Source: Mobula hypostoma (Eukaryota). From it: 64,000 nucleotides of DNA. The notes below the pieces were generated by a model that worked only from the letters and a program-made list of their open reading frames with translations, had not been told where the DNA came from and searched no databases. Positions 36,386 to 49,351 of this stretch are shown here, in pieces; the stretch's first letter is position 1, and each line of letters begins with the position of its first letter. The DNA is taken from positions 238,392,001 to 238,456,000 of the forward strand of contig NC_086097.1 in assembly GCF_963921235.1 (NCBI RefSeq), in the 5' to 3' direction. The position numbers and the translations under genes were made by a program.

Positions 36386-39300
36386 TAATACAGCACGGTA
36401 GTAGAGTTTTCTGGTCCAACGAGCCCGCACACACAATTATACCCATATGACCAATTAACCTACTAACCTGTACGGCTTTGGAATGTGGGAGGAAACTGGA
36501 GCACCCGGAGGAAACCCATATGGTCACAGGGAGTGTGGACTGTTTCTGTGCTGTAGTTTTCTTTGACTCTATATACGTGTCAATTTCTAAGCAGTAATGC
36601 CTTTTACTTTTCTCTACTAACAAGAAACACCAAAACTTATTTGCCTTTATATGGAGACAAGCTAGCAATAAAAATAATTCACAACAATGAGTACAATCAT
36701 GCTCGGAGCACTTAACAATCAGATTACCACCCTGCCCACAATGATAAATATTCCAGATAATTATAAAATCATTACTGTATCTTAATAATGCAAAAAGTGT
36801 ATGTTACAAATAACATGTCATAAATTAGCCCCCAACTGCTAAAGGCTTATTGAAGTGTCATTTCAATAATTTTTGTATTTTTTATTATTATATTTAGCAA
36901 TATAGCACCGTTATAGGCTCTTTTGGACTAATGAGGCTCCACTGCCCAATTACACTCAATTAACCAATTAACCTACTAATGCATGCATCTTTGGAATGGT
37001 GGAGAGGAAACCTAAGTACCTGGAGGAAACCCACGCAGTCCCAGGGGGAGCATACAAGCTCCTTAAAGACAGTGAGGGAACTGAACACAGGTCACTGATG
37101 CTTAATAGTGTTACACTACAGCGCCGCTATAAATGTGTAGATAGATATGGCCCAGTCCATCACCGGTAAAACCCTACCCACCACTGAACACATCTACATG
37201 AAATGCTATTGCAGGAAAGCAGCATCCGTCATCAGGGACCCCCACCACCCAAGATATGCTTTCTTCTCAGTGCTGCCATCAGGAAGAAGTGTTAGGAGCC
37301 GCAGGACCCACACCACCAGCTTCAGAGACAGTTGCTACCCCTCAGCCATCAGGATCTTGAACCAAAGGGGATCACTTCACTTGTCCCATCATTGAAATAT
37401 TCCCACAACCAAGGGACTCACTTTCAAGGACTCTTCATCTCATGTTCTTGATATTTATTGCTTATTTACTTATTGTTATTGTTTCTTTTTTTTTTGTATT
37501 TGCACAGTTTGTTGTCTTTTGAACACTGGTTAAATGCCCAAGCTGGTGTGTTCTTTCATTGATTTTGTTATGGTTGTTATTCTATAGATTTACTGACTAC
37601 TACTAGTACTACTACGTTGACTCAGGCCTAGGGGTATGCCTGCAAAAAAATGAATCTCAGGGTTGTATATGGTGTCATATATGTACCATGATTATACATT
37701 TACTTTGAACTTTGTTGGTTGATTTCCTTCCAATATCCACTGGAAATACTATCCAGGGAAGCTGGTAGACTGAAACTGTGAGAGGTTCTCTGTGAACTCT
37801 GTGAGGCTTGGTGTTTGGAGTCTTGCTCCTCTATACTCACCAGGGATAATCATGGCATACCTGGAACTTACAGAATTCAATGTGTGGGGAGATGTACGTG
37901 TTGTTCGATTCTGATATTTTAACCCTCCTTTTGACTATTGGAGTGGGGTGGATAGGAAAGATAGTGCAGACTATTATCTAAGTGGGGAGAAGGTTCAAAC
38001 ATCAGTGATGGAGAGAGACTTAGGAGTCCTCATGCCACGGTTAATTTACGGATTGAGTCTGTGGTAAAGAAGGCAAATGCAACTTTGGCATTTATTTCAA
38101 GGGGAATAGAATATAAAAGCAAGGAGATAATGTTGAGCTTTTATAAGACATTAGTCAGGCTGCCTAGAGTATTGTCAACAGTTTTGGGCCCCATATCTCA
38201 AAAAGGATATGCTGTCAATGGAGAGAGTCCAGAGGAGGTTCACAAGAATGATTCCAGGAATGAAGGGGTGAAAGTATGAGGAGCATTTGGCAGCTTTGCG
38301 GTTATGCTCATTGGAATTGAAAGGAATATGTGGGGATCTCATTGAAACCTAATGAATATTGAAAGGACTAGATAGGGTAGATGTGGAAAGGATGTTTCCT
38401 ATGGTGGAGCTATCCAGAACTAGAGGGCACAGCCTCAAAATGGAGGAGTGACCCTTTAGAACACAGGTAAGGAAGAATTCTTTTAAGCCAGAGAGTAGTA
38501 AATTTGTGGAATGCGCTGCCACAGACTGTGGTGGAGGCCAAGTCTGTGGGTATATTTAAGGCAGAAGTTGATAGCTTCCTGATTTGTCAGGACATCAAAG
38601 GATATGGTGAGAAGACAGGTGTATGGGGTTCAGTCGCATCTGGGATCAGCCATGATGGAATGGTGGAGCAGACACGATGGGCTGAATGGCCTACTCCTGC
38701 TCCTATGACTTATGGTCTGATGGATTTAGATTACATAATTGAAATTGAGGTCTACAATTCTCATTCAGGAAGGACTGCCAAATCAATCATCTATCTTGTC
38801 CCACTATCTGATGCACGTAGATTCAATACAGTCTTCCCTAATCACTGAGTTTCTTGAAACAACAAATTTCACATCATATAAGTCAGTTAATATACATCAG
38901 ATTCCTTATTTAAATACTCACAACCTATGCTAACCTGAAAAAGTGTCTCACCTCCAAACATCAACTGTTTACTCTTTTCCATAGATGCTTCCTGGACTGC
39001 TGAGTTTCTCCAGTATTTTGTGTGTATTGCTTTGGATTTCCATCTTCTGCTGATTTTCTTGTGTTCCTAATCTATTGTATTTACTTCTGTAGTGACCTCT
39101 TAATTGGGAATGTATTGCTGTCCGATCCAAAACAGTTTTCTGTAATGTTCTGCCTAAATTGGAAACTCCTATCCATTGGCCATATTCTTATCAACAATTT
39201 ATTTTAGAACAGCTTGAAGATAAAGCACTCCAGCGTGTGGTGGAAACTGCCAGCGGATTATCGGCACCCAATTGCGCACCATTGAGAACATCTACCATAA

Positions 39301-40109
39301 ACGCTGCCTGGGCAGGGTGAAAAGCATTATCAAGGATGCATCTCAACCTATCCATGGACTTTTTACTCTCCTCCCATCCGGTAGGCGCTACAGGAGCCTC
39401 CGCTCCCGCACCAGCAGGCACAGGAAGAGCTTCTTCACTGAGGCTGTGACCCTGCTGAACCTCACATCACAGTGCTAAGCAGTATTGCACCCATATTGTA
39501 CTGTCTCAGTACTTTTATATTTGTGTGCTGTAGCACTTGCTTTTTATTCGCAGTTATTTTGTAAGTAACACTATTCTTTGTATTTCTGGTTAGATGCTAA
39601 CAGCATTTCATTGGCTTTGTATCTGTACTTGGCACAATGACAATAAAGTTCAATCTAATCTAATCTAATCTAATACAGCACGGTAGTAGAGTTTTCTGGT
39701 CCAACGAGCCCGCACACACAATTATACCCATATGACCAATTAACCTACTAACCTGTACGGCTTTGGAATGTGGGAGGAAACTGGAGCACCCGGAGGAAAC
39801 CCATATGGTCACAGGGAGAACAGACAGTAGTGGAATTGAAATCAGGTTGTTAACACTGTCATAGCATGATGCTAAACACTACACTACAATAACCAAAGTA
39901 ATAGAATGCAGTTAGAAAAACAACTAAATACTTCTTCAAAGTGTAGGATTGATTTTTTAAAAATCTATTCCCTATACCTTAATTTGAAAGTTGAACAACA
40001 GGATCCTTTGATGACATCAAGTCCATACTAAGATGCTGAATAAGATCTTTAAGTCTGATCTGCTGTACCCATACCTTTGCTGAGATTTGTGGAAATGTTA
40101 GTACAATGA

Positions 40110-40530
40110 TAGACCACCCCCCTAATCAGCTCTCATTATTACTTCTTCATTCTGGCGTCCTCCTTGCCCCTTCTCTTTTCCTCACCTGCCAATCACCTTT
40201 TACTGGTGCCCCTCCTCATTCCCTTTCTCTCATGGTCCACTCTCCTATCAGATTTCCTCTTCTTCAGCCCTTTACCTCTTCACCTATCCTCGCCCAGCTT
40301 CTATTTTCATCCCCTTTCACCCATCCGCCCACTTTACCACTCACTTGGCTTCAGCTTACAGCAGCCAGCTTATACTCCTTCCACTTCTCCCTCAATCAAT
40401 CTTATTCTGGCTTCTTACCCCATCAATTCCAGTCCTAATGAAGTGTCTCAGCTCAAAACGACAACTATTTATTCATCTCCATGGTTACTGCCTGACCTGT
40501 TGAGTTCCTTCAGCACTTTGTGTGTTTTAC
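40110..40530 (+). mobile_element. PLE 3' UTR/pseudo-LTR
   Basis: Pyrimidine-rich tract followed by cagtcctaatgaagtgtctcagctcaaaacg and gcctgacctgttgagttccttcagc. Confidence 0.65.
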
Positions 40531-40809
40531 TTTGAAGTTCATTATATTTTTTGTTAGCTATCTCCAAATGCAATAAAATTGGAGCAGTAACCATCAAATT
40601 GGTATTGCCCTCAGTCATAGCTATTCCATCCAGTAACATTCTCTCCAATTGAAATGATGGGCCCTCCATAGACAGTGCCTGACCTGCATTTGTGTGTTGA
40701 TCTGGATTTCAAGCATCTGCAGAATGTCTTGTGTTTGTGAACATGATTGTGCTGAACCCTGAATGAGCCATTTTTGCTTATACAATAATTTGATGACAAG
40801 GTACATCCA

Positions 40810-41265
40810 AGGACGTGCTGGGACATATCATCAGTGATGTAACCTAGGGTCATCGGGCATATCAGGTCTTTCAACATCAGATAACCTCATCGAGGCAACC
40901 CAGCCAAGATTGATCAGGTCCCGGTTTGTGTCCTAGCAGCATTGGTCCACGTGCGCACCTCTTGATCTATAGCCATCTAGAGGCTTGCTCAGCAACCTCT
41001 GTAATGGTCCTGAGGGATTTTTTCTTTGCAGCCCTGTAATACCAGGTAGAGAGTAGGTTCTGCACAGCGAGCAGCCAGAAAATCCTCTACACCCCACCTC
41101 TAGAAGCTCGTACCATGCCCTCCATCTCTGTCTTCAGCACTATTCTACCAGCTCCTGGTATTTAGCTTTCTTACATTCAAATGCTTTCTTATTCCGGTCT
41201 TCCCAAGGTACTGTCAGTTCTCGCATGGCCACCTGCTTTGAGACTTCTGACAGAAAGACCATGAC
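40810..41265 (-). mobile_element. HERO-like (REL-endonuclease) non-LTR retrotransposon 3' fragment
   Basis: Reverse-complement translation: SKQVAMRELTVPWEDR..AFECKKAKYQELV...W..LEVGCRGFSG...AEQASRWL, with stops. Not present in the supplied ORF track. Confidence 0.8.
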
Positions 41266-42044
41266 AGGCTTCCGGGATAATAATGCAATGAGGGCAGGGA
41301 ACTTCAATTACTTGTAGAGATTGACCTTCAGTTAACTAAATGTTGAACAACAAATGCAGTTGACTTTGACCTCGCTGACAGTAGAATGATTCATTCTCCA
41401 ATTCTTTTATAAGGATTTGAATAAAGCCTTTTAGTTTTTAACAAAGATAGGTGTCACAGTCCCCATGTAAGCAATATCTCCACTTCAACGTAAGCAAGCC
41501 ACACGTCACTGTACACCACTTTATTGCACTATGAATCATAAAAGCTGATTACAATGGGAAAATCTATAAGTGCTGGAATGTAGGAATGAAACCAATCAAT
41601 TTCCCGATTTTCGTCACTTCTGCTCATTATTCCATGAGATAGCTAATTTAACAGCCAAATTCACCTCCTTGTTTTGTTGCCTGTCAAGGAGTTACTCAAT
41701 GAAGAGCTGAAGCATCACCATTGATTTGCACACAGATGTCAGCAAGTATAACTGAAAGAGCAGAGTCTTTATCATATGTTCTATCAGGGTTTCCTCCTCA
41801 TGAAACATATTGAGTCACACTTTCTGCATTCTGAAAGAATCTTATTGAAAACTAACACAAACAATAATTGTTAGCTCTGAAGTATGGCGATGAGTCAAGA
41901 TTAAGGGTGCCTTTGGAAAAGCATGGAGGTGGACATGTCAGGCAAAAGTGAGGAACTATGCTGGTGATAACATCATCACAATATATAACATCTAACAATG
42001 AATCTCAGGATAGTGTATGGTGACATACAGACAGTGCAAAAGTT

Positions 42045-42735
42045 TTAAAGTCATAGAAAAGTACAGCACAGAAACAGTCCCTTCAGCCCATCTAGTCCGT
42101 GCCAAGCCGTTTAAACTGTCTACTCCCATCGACCTGAAATGGGACCATAGCCCGCTATACCCCTGCCATCTGTGTACCTACCAAAATTCTCTTAAACATT
42201 GAAATTAAGCCACCACTTTGCACTGGTGGCTCATGCTACATTCTCATGACCCTCTGAGTGAAAACGTTTCCCCTTATCTTCCTCTTAAACTTTTCACCTT
42301 TCACCCTTAACCAATGATCTCTGGTTGTAGTCCCACCCACGCTCAGTGGAAAAAGCCTGCTTACATGTTCCCTATCTATACCTCTCATAATTTTGTATAC
42401 CCCTTACAAATCACCTCTCAATCTTCTACATTTAAAGGAATAAGTCCTAACCTATTCAATCTCTCCATATAACTCAGGTTCTCCAGACCCTTTAATAGTC
42501 TTGTAAATTTTCTCTGTACTCTTTCAACCTTATTTACCACTTGTGGGTAGGTGACCAAAACTGCACACAGTACTCCAAATCAGGCCTCACCAATGTCTGA
42601 TACAACTTCAACATAATCATCCCAACACCTGCACTCAAAAATTTGATTTATGAAAGCCAATGTGTCAGAATCTTTCTTAACAACCCCACCAACCTGTGAC
42701 ACCATTTCCAATGTTTTATGGACCTGTATTCTGAC
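42045..42735 (-). mobile_element. CR1 3' fragment
   Basis: gaccaaaactgcacacagtactccaaatcaggcctcacc; tail tcatagaaaagtacagcacagaaacag. Confidence 0.85.
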
Positions 42736-42739
42736 TGCA

Positions 42740-44058
42740 GCTGACTCAGATGAGGTTATGGAGTACCTGGTGACACAGGACAAGATAGGACAAAGTCAGC
42801 ATGGTTTCCTTAAGGGAAAATCTTGTCCGACGAACCAGTTGGAATTCTTTGAGATTACACATAGGAAAGACAAAGGGGATGCAGTGGTTGTCGGAAGGCC
42901 TTTGACAAGGTGCCACACATGAGGCTGCTTACAAGTTAAGAGCCCATGGTATTACAGGACAATTACTGGCAAGGTTAGAGCATTGGCTGATTGGTAGGAG
43001 GCAGTAAGTGGGAATAAAACGATCCTTTTCTGGTTGGCTGCCAGTGACTTGTGGTGTTCCACTGGGGTTGGTATTAGGACTATTTATTTTTATGCTGTAT
43101 ATTAATGATTTATATGATGGAATAGATGGCTTTGTAGCCAAGTTTGCAGACGACATGAAGATTAGTGGAAGGAATAGGTAGTGTTGAGGAAACAGGTAGG
43201 ATATAGAAGGACTTAGATTAGGAGAATGGGCAAGAGACTGGCAAATGAAATACAATGTTGGAAAATGCATGGTCATACACTTTGGTAATAGAAATAAATG
43301 CACAGACTATTTTATAAATGAGGCAAAATCCAAAAATCTGAGATACTAAAGGACTTTGGAGTCCTTGTGAAGAACACCCTAAAGGTTAAACTGCAGGTAG
43401 AGTTTGTGGTGAGGAAGGCAAATGCAATGTTAGCATTCATTTCAAGAGGTCTTGAATACAAGAAGAAGGATGTGATGCTGAGGCTTTATAAGGTACTGGT
43501 GAGGCCTCACCTTGAGTAATGTGAAGTTTTGGGCTCCTCATCTAAGAAAATATGTGTTGGTATTGGAGAGCGTTCAGAGGAGGTTCACAAGGATGATTCC
43601 AGGAATGAAAGGGTTATCATACAAGGTAAGTTTTTGAAGGCTCTGGTACTGTACTCGCTGGAATTTAGAAGGATGAGGGGGGATCTCATTGAAACTTTTT
43701 GAATGTTGAAGGTCCTAGACAGAGTAGATGCAGAAGGGATGTTTTCATTGGTGGGGCAGTCTAGGGCAAGAGGCCACAGCCTCAGGAGAGAAGGGTCTCC
43801 ATTTAAAACAGAGATGCAGAGAAATTTCTTCAGCCAGAGGGTGGTGAATTTGTGGAACTTATTACCATAGGCAGTTGTGGAGGCCAGGTTGTTGGGTGCA
43901 TTTAAGGCAGGGATTGATAGGTTCATGATTGGACATGGCATCAATGTGTATGGGGAGAACACTGGGGAGTGAGGCTGAGGTGAGGAACAAAAGGATCAGT
44001 CATGATTGAATGGTGGAGCAGACTCAGTGTGCCAAATGGCCTAATTCTGCTCCTATGA
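42740..44058 (+). mobile_element. CR1 LINE, RT to 3' end (decayed)
   Basis: SQHGFLKGKSC.TN.LEFFE, SGW.PVTCGVP.G and VAKFADDMKI motifs. Confidence 0.9.
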
Positions 44059-44314
44059 GGCAAAATCCGCAACGTTTTAAATTTCTAGCTGACAAGCCAA
44101 CCTCTGTAACATTCACCCAAGTGTTCTGTACCCCACTTCTCAATTTACGTACTTGAATTATTTTCCTTAATGTTCTCCTGACATAGCACACCCTTGCATT
44201 TTTCTCTGTAAGGTAATGATGTCTAAATATGAGAACTCTCTCTTGTCTCTGATGATTATCTCTGTTGCAGTATCGGCATGAATATTTTCCATGAAGGATG
44301 ATTCTAAAGAGTAT

Positions 44315-44670
44315 GGACTAGCATTTATATGAACCTTCTCCATTTACTTCAAGATGCCCACGGCACTTTACAGCCAACAATATCCAATGACACCCATTCA
44401 CTCTAAGAAACGCAGCAATGGATTTTCACATAGCTAATTCCCAAAACAGAAACATTTTAATGATGAGAAAATGTAGATTAGTGATGCGATTGGGGAATAA
44501 CATTGATCATGATACTCTAAATGTTTTCTGCATTCTGGGTCTTCAGAAAATAGATCTAATCTCAATTGATTATGTCATCTTTCATAATACGTCTTGACAA
44601 AACAGTTCTCCTTTCGTAATGGTCTGAGGTATTTGCCAAGATTTCAGTTCTCATCTACCCCGCTTAAGAA
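44315..44670 (-). mobile_element. Ancient, highly decayed Deu-domain-type SINE (SacSINE1/AmnSINE1-like)
   Basis: gcatttatat...gcactttacagccaa...gaaacgcagca...tagtgatg...gggaataacattg follows the order of the consensus as I recall it. Confidence 0.45.
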
Positions 44671-44714
44671 ATCTAGATATGTTTTCACACACTCAAGAAT
44701 GCTGCACACAATTT

Positions 44715-45645
44715 CGAGTTCAAGTTTATTTCATCTGACTGTACATTTATACAACCAAACAAAATAACATTCCCCTGGACCATACTGCATCTGCAGAACA
44801 TATGTCACATAAAACAAAATATGACCACAAATAAGTTAATAAAATATAATTAAAAGTGCATATACTGCGCACCAGAGGTATATGGTAAGCAGCTCATTGT
44901 CCTACTGATGAGACCTCGCTGGTGGCAGGATATTCAATAGTCTCATTGCTTGAGGGAAAAAACTGTTACCCAGTCTGGCAGTTCTTGTTCTCATGCTCTT
45001 ATACCTCCTTTTGGATGGTTGTGGGTGAAAGAGATTGTGGGATGGTTGGTAGGGATCCCCAGCATTGCTTTGGATCCTTCATTTACTAAGCTCCAGTAAG
45101 TATTGCAAATAGGTGGGGAATGGGAGTCCAGAAATCCTTCGGCAGTTTTTACCGTCCTCTGTAGAATCTTGTGGTCTGATGCCTTGCAGCTTTTGTACAA
45201 TACAATGATGCAGCCAGACGGGACACTCGATGGTGTTCCTGTAGAAAAGTGTTAGAATGAGGGCATGCTTCAGTCCCCTCAGAATGTATAGACCCTTTTG
45301 TGCCATCCTGACTGATGAGGAGGTGCTGTGGGTCCAGGTTACATCATCCGTTATGTGAACACCGAGGAACTTTGTGCTCTTCACTCTTTCCACAGCACTG
45401 ATGTGCAATGGAGAGTGGTTGACCTGCGTCTTCCTGAAGTCCACAATCATCTCTTTTGTCTTGCCACGTTGAGACTCGGTATTGTTGTTCTCACACCGTT
45501 TGACAAGCCTCTCTCCCTCCTCTCTGTATGCTGACTCATCATTGTTGATGAGGCCAACCACTTTTGTATCATCAGTGAACTTGATGCAGTTTGAGCTGGA
45601 TCTGGCAGTGCAGTCATGAGTTAAGAGCATAAACAACAGTGGGAT
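44715..45645 (-). mobile_element. Rex1/Babar LINE 3' part
   Basis: ORF 45079-45636: THDC..IKFTDDTKVVGLI, KTKEMIVDFRK, KFLGVHITDD. Confidence 0.88.
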
Positions 45646-45780
45646 GTTTAATTTTTAAAGCAAAAAGCAAAAGCAACACACTTAATTTATTTTATTTCTT
45701 TATTTAGAAATACAGCACGATAATAGCCCCTTCTACCCAATGAACCTGCACTGCACAGTCACACCCATGTGACCAAATAT

Positions 45781-46685
45781 GGCGGGAGGAGAGAGAAGCA
45801 GCGCGCCGCGCGTGCGCAGCCCTCCGATGAAAAATGATATCGTATCCGTTAAATAGGGGCCGTGGACAATTCTGATTTGATGGAGACGGACGTGAAAGCA
45901 CAGAGGAGCATCTGGAGAAATTTCTGAAACGCTCGTTCGCTGCTGTCGTTACTGCGCGGTTGGGAATATTCCGGAGGGAGGGCCTCAAAATCCCCGGCTT
46001 TGCCTGCTGTTGGCGACCGAGATTGAGGTCGAATGGTTCAGACAGAGATGGCGCTCAGTACTCGGTGCCGGAGAGCTGATTTGGAGGCTCGAAGTTTTCG
46101 GATGTCTCAGAGACGGATTGTGGTCAGGCATGGCAGTATTTCTTCCTTCTCCCGTCTGCGTGAGATGTGGGACATTTGAGAGACTTTGAACATTTTACTG
46201 TGCTCATGGACTTCTTCATCAAGTTATGGTATTGTTGCACTGTTGTAACTATATGTTATAATTATGTGGTTTTGTCAGTTTTTTCAGTCTTGGTCTGTCC
46301 TGTGTTTTGTGATATCACACCGGTGGAAATATTGTATCATTTCATAGTCATAGTCATAGTCATACTTTATTGATCCCGGGGGAAATTGTTTTTTGTTACA
46401 GTTGCACCATAATAATTAAATAGTAATAAAACCATAAATAATTAAATAGTAATATGTAAATTATGCCAGGAAATAAATTCACGACCAGCCTAACGGCTCA
46501 GGGTGTCTGACCCTGCAAGGGAGGAGTTGTAAAGTTTGATAGCCACAGGCAGGAATGACTTCCTATGATGCTCTGTGTTGCATCTCGGTGGAATGAGTCT
46601 CTGGCTGAATTTCTTAATGCATGCATTGCTAAATGACAATAAAAGAGGACTACGTGTCTTCATAATCTAATCTAATCTAACTAAC
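45781..46685 (+). mobile_element. Non-autonomous bipartite retroposon (CpG-rich head plus LINE-type tail), containing an antisense Rex1 tail (46344-46608) and itself inserted in a V-SINE
   Basis: Homologous to 56626-57310. Ends aatgacaataaaagaggac..cataatctaatctaatc. The nested insert is flanked by ATTTC. SINE halves lie at 45700-45775 and 46680-46830. Confidence 0.75.
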
Positions 46686-47849
46686 CTACTAGCGTACAGG
46701 TCTTTGGAATATGAGAGGAAACTAGAGCATCTGGAGGAAATCCACACAGTTACGGGAGAAACTACAAACTCCTTCCAGGAATTGAACCTGGGTTGCTGGT
46801 GTTGCTATAGCACTACGCAGCCATGCCGCCTTTGAAGAGTATTATACAATCCAAAAACTTAATCTTCTTAAGTTCTGATACATCAGTACTACATTAATAA
46901 CTAAGGTGTTTCATTGCTGTCTATACAAATTAGGAGAAAATGTGCAAACTCTACTAGACCACAAAATGAAGTCTTATTTATTTATCATAAGCAGCATGTT
47001 CAAAAGTCATAAATTCTCGATTTGCTTTCAGACACCAAGTGTAGATTTAATTATGAAAGTAATCAAAATCAGTTGTACCACCCGTTGTAAAATAATTTTT
47101 GCTTACTAATTAGTTATCATGTCCAGGAGGGATAGAATGTCAGTGCAGAAGTAATAACTCAAGACCACCCACAACTCAGTCTCAATCACCTTCCTGTTTG
47201 AATAAAAGATTGAATTTCCTGATTGAACTGTAACTTGACTTAAATTAACAGCATATTTCATCTTCCAACTTGAACCTTATCTGGCTAGTTAGAACTTGTA
47301 ATTTTTACGACTTTTCCAAATAAATCAACTCATTCCTGTCTGCAGCGGCACTAATAATGCAATTTTAAATCTCTTCGCCCAAAAGATGTCTGCAGTATGG
47401 GGTACGATTCCTTTTCCAATGTCCCACGCTATGATCCAGATTAAATATTAGTTTTATTGGTCACATATACATCAAAACTTACAGAGAAATGTGCCATTTT
47501 CATCAAATTGAATCAGTGAGTATTGTGTTTGACAAGTGTGGCCACATTTCCTGCGCCAACATAGCAAGCCCACAACTCATTAACCCTAACCTGTATGTCT
47601 TTGGAATGTGAGAGGAAACCCATGTGGTCACGGGGAAAATGTGCAGAGCTTACAGACAGCAGCGGGAATCGAACCTCCATCTTACAACTAGTTTCTGTAA
47701 AGCATCGCAACAACTTCAATGCACATACAGTTGTGCGTCTGTGTCGGTCGAGATTTTTCTATCAATGCACACAAAGAAAGCTTTCTACAAAGACCTAACT
47801 CTGTCTGAGGCATATTATTTTGATATCTTCATGTCAGATACTCTAAGGT

Positions 47850-48008
47850 AACACACATCAAAGTTGCTGGTGAACGCAGCAGGCCAGGCAGCATCTCTAG
47901 GAAGAGGTACAGTCGACGTTTCAGGCCGAGACCCTTCACCAGCAACTTTGATGTGTGTTGCTTGAATTTCCAGCATCTGCAGAATTCCTGTTGTTTGCAT
48001 TTTTAAAA
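47850..48008. mobile_element. 159-bp PLE insertion made of two inverted pseudo-LTR pieces
   Basis: 14-bp TSD AGATACTCTAAGGT (47836-47849 and 48009-48022); perfect 25-bp inverted repeat at 47850-47874 and 47935-47959. Confidence 0.85.
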
Positions 48009-48054
48009 AGATACTCTAAGGTGTCTATTTGTCTGTTCCATATACAAACCACAG

Positions 48055-48969
48055 GTCTTGAGTGCATTCAGAGTCAATCTTTCCAGCGGCATGTACACTT
48101 GGAGACATAACAACGTTCTCAAAGTTGTAACAGAAGCGATTGAGCAGAGAATACTGCAGCACAACTTATCTCAAGCCCCATGATGCACAGAACATCGCAT
48201 ATCTTTTGTGAAAGAAGGCTCCAAGTCAAGGGTGTACAGCATAGGCTCACGATCAAGCATACTTTCTTCAGCCAATGATTGGTGTGTCAGGGCTGACCTG
48301 GACGGGAAAGGCAGTTTCGCGGAGCAAATAGCTTTCACAACATTGCATCCAGATATAATTGTATGGTCTGACACCAGTAGAGAAGTGGTTATTGGTGAAC
48401 TCACAGTCCCCTGGGAAGACAACATCAATGAAGCCCATGAGCGCAAGTTAACCAAGTATGTAGAATTAAGAGCAGAGTGCAGAGACAGAGGGTGGAAGGT
48501 CTCATGCTATCCATTCGAAGTAGGCTGCCCGTGGGTTTATTGCGTTCACTCTCCAGAAGTGGCTGCGTGACCTTGGCTTCACTAGAAGAGAGATCAAGTC
48601 AACCAGCAGGGCTGTAGCTGAGGCAGCAGAGAAAGGATCAGCATGGGTGTTGACCAAGTATGTCCAGAGGGGCAGATAGCCAGACGGTGTATACATATCT
48701 TGCAAACCCTTCAGTAGTTGCATAGACACCTGAAGAGCAGACTATCTGTTGGATGGAAGTGACCAACAACTCTGATAGAGGCAGATGCCAAGTTTTTAAG
48801 CTCACCATTGGGAGTTAGTGCTTTAGAACTGCTGGCCCACCACCTCGAGGGAGTCTTGATCATAAGCGGGCCAAAACTCCTGAAGGCAGGTGGCAGATCA
48901 ACTGATGATCACACTGGTGATAGCACAGGACAGTTAACATCTTTGTCCACGTGTATTTTGTAACTCAAA
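48055..48969 (+). mobile_element. HERO-like (REL-endonuclease) non-LTR retrotransposon, 5'-truncated
   Basis: YTWRHNNVL, HPDIIVWS, GELTVPWED, AHERKLTKY, GWKVSCYPFEVGC. 13-bp TSD ATACAAACCACAG (48042-48054 and 48970-48982). Confidence 0.87.
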
Positions 48970-49351
48970 ATACAAACCACAGTGTTGTCATCAAACCAGA
49001 AAATTGCAAAAAAATACAAAGTAAAGATGAGAAAATACACATCAGATTAAGGCAGAAGCTGAAATACCATAAATGTTTTAAGTCCAATTATATTTTAAAA
49101 TTTTTATTTCTTGAGATACAGCATGGAATAGGCCCCTCCCAGCTCTTCGAGCTGCACTGCCCGGCAACAACTGACATATTTTGACATTTATTTCCACCTC
49201 CTTCACAAATAGGAGCAGGACTCCTCCAGCCTGTTCCACTGTTCAATATGATCACAGCAGATCAATGTTGCCCTGAATATCTCTTCTGTACTGCTTCCCT
49301 ATAACCCTGAATTCCTGGCTCTTTCAAATATTTTTCTATCTGCACCTTAAA

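Larger units (their letters stand above)
33246..39818 (+). repeat. Tandem duplication, unit 3,285 bp (33246-36530 and 36531-39815)
   Basis: All ORFs lying wholly inside the unit recur identically at +3285 (for example 33862/37147, 34776/38061, 35987/39272). GAG microhomology at all three junctions. Confidence 0.97.
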
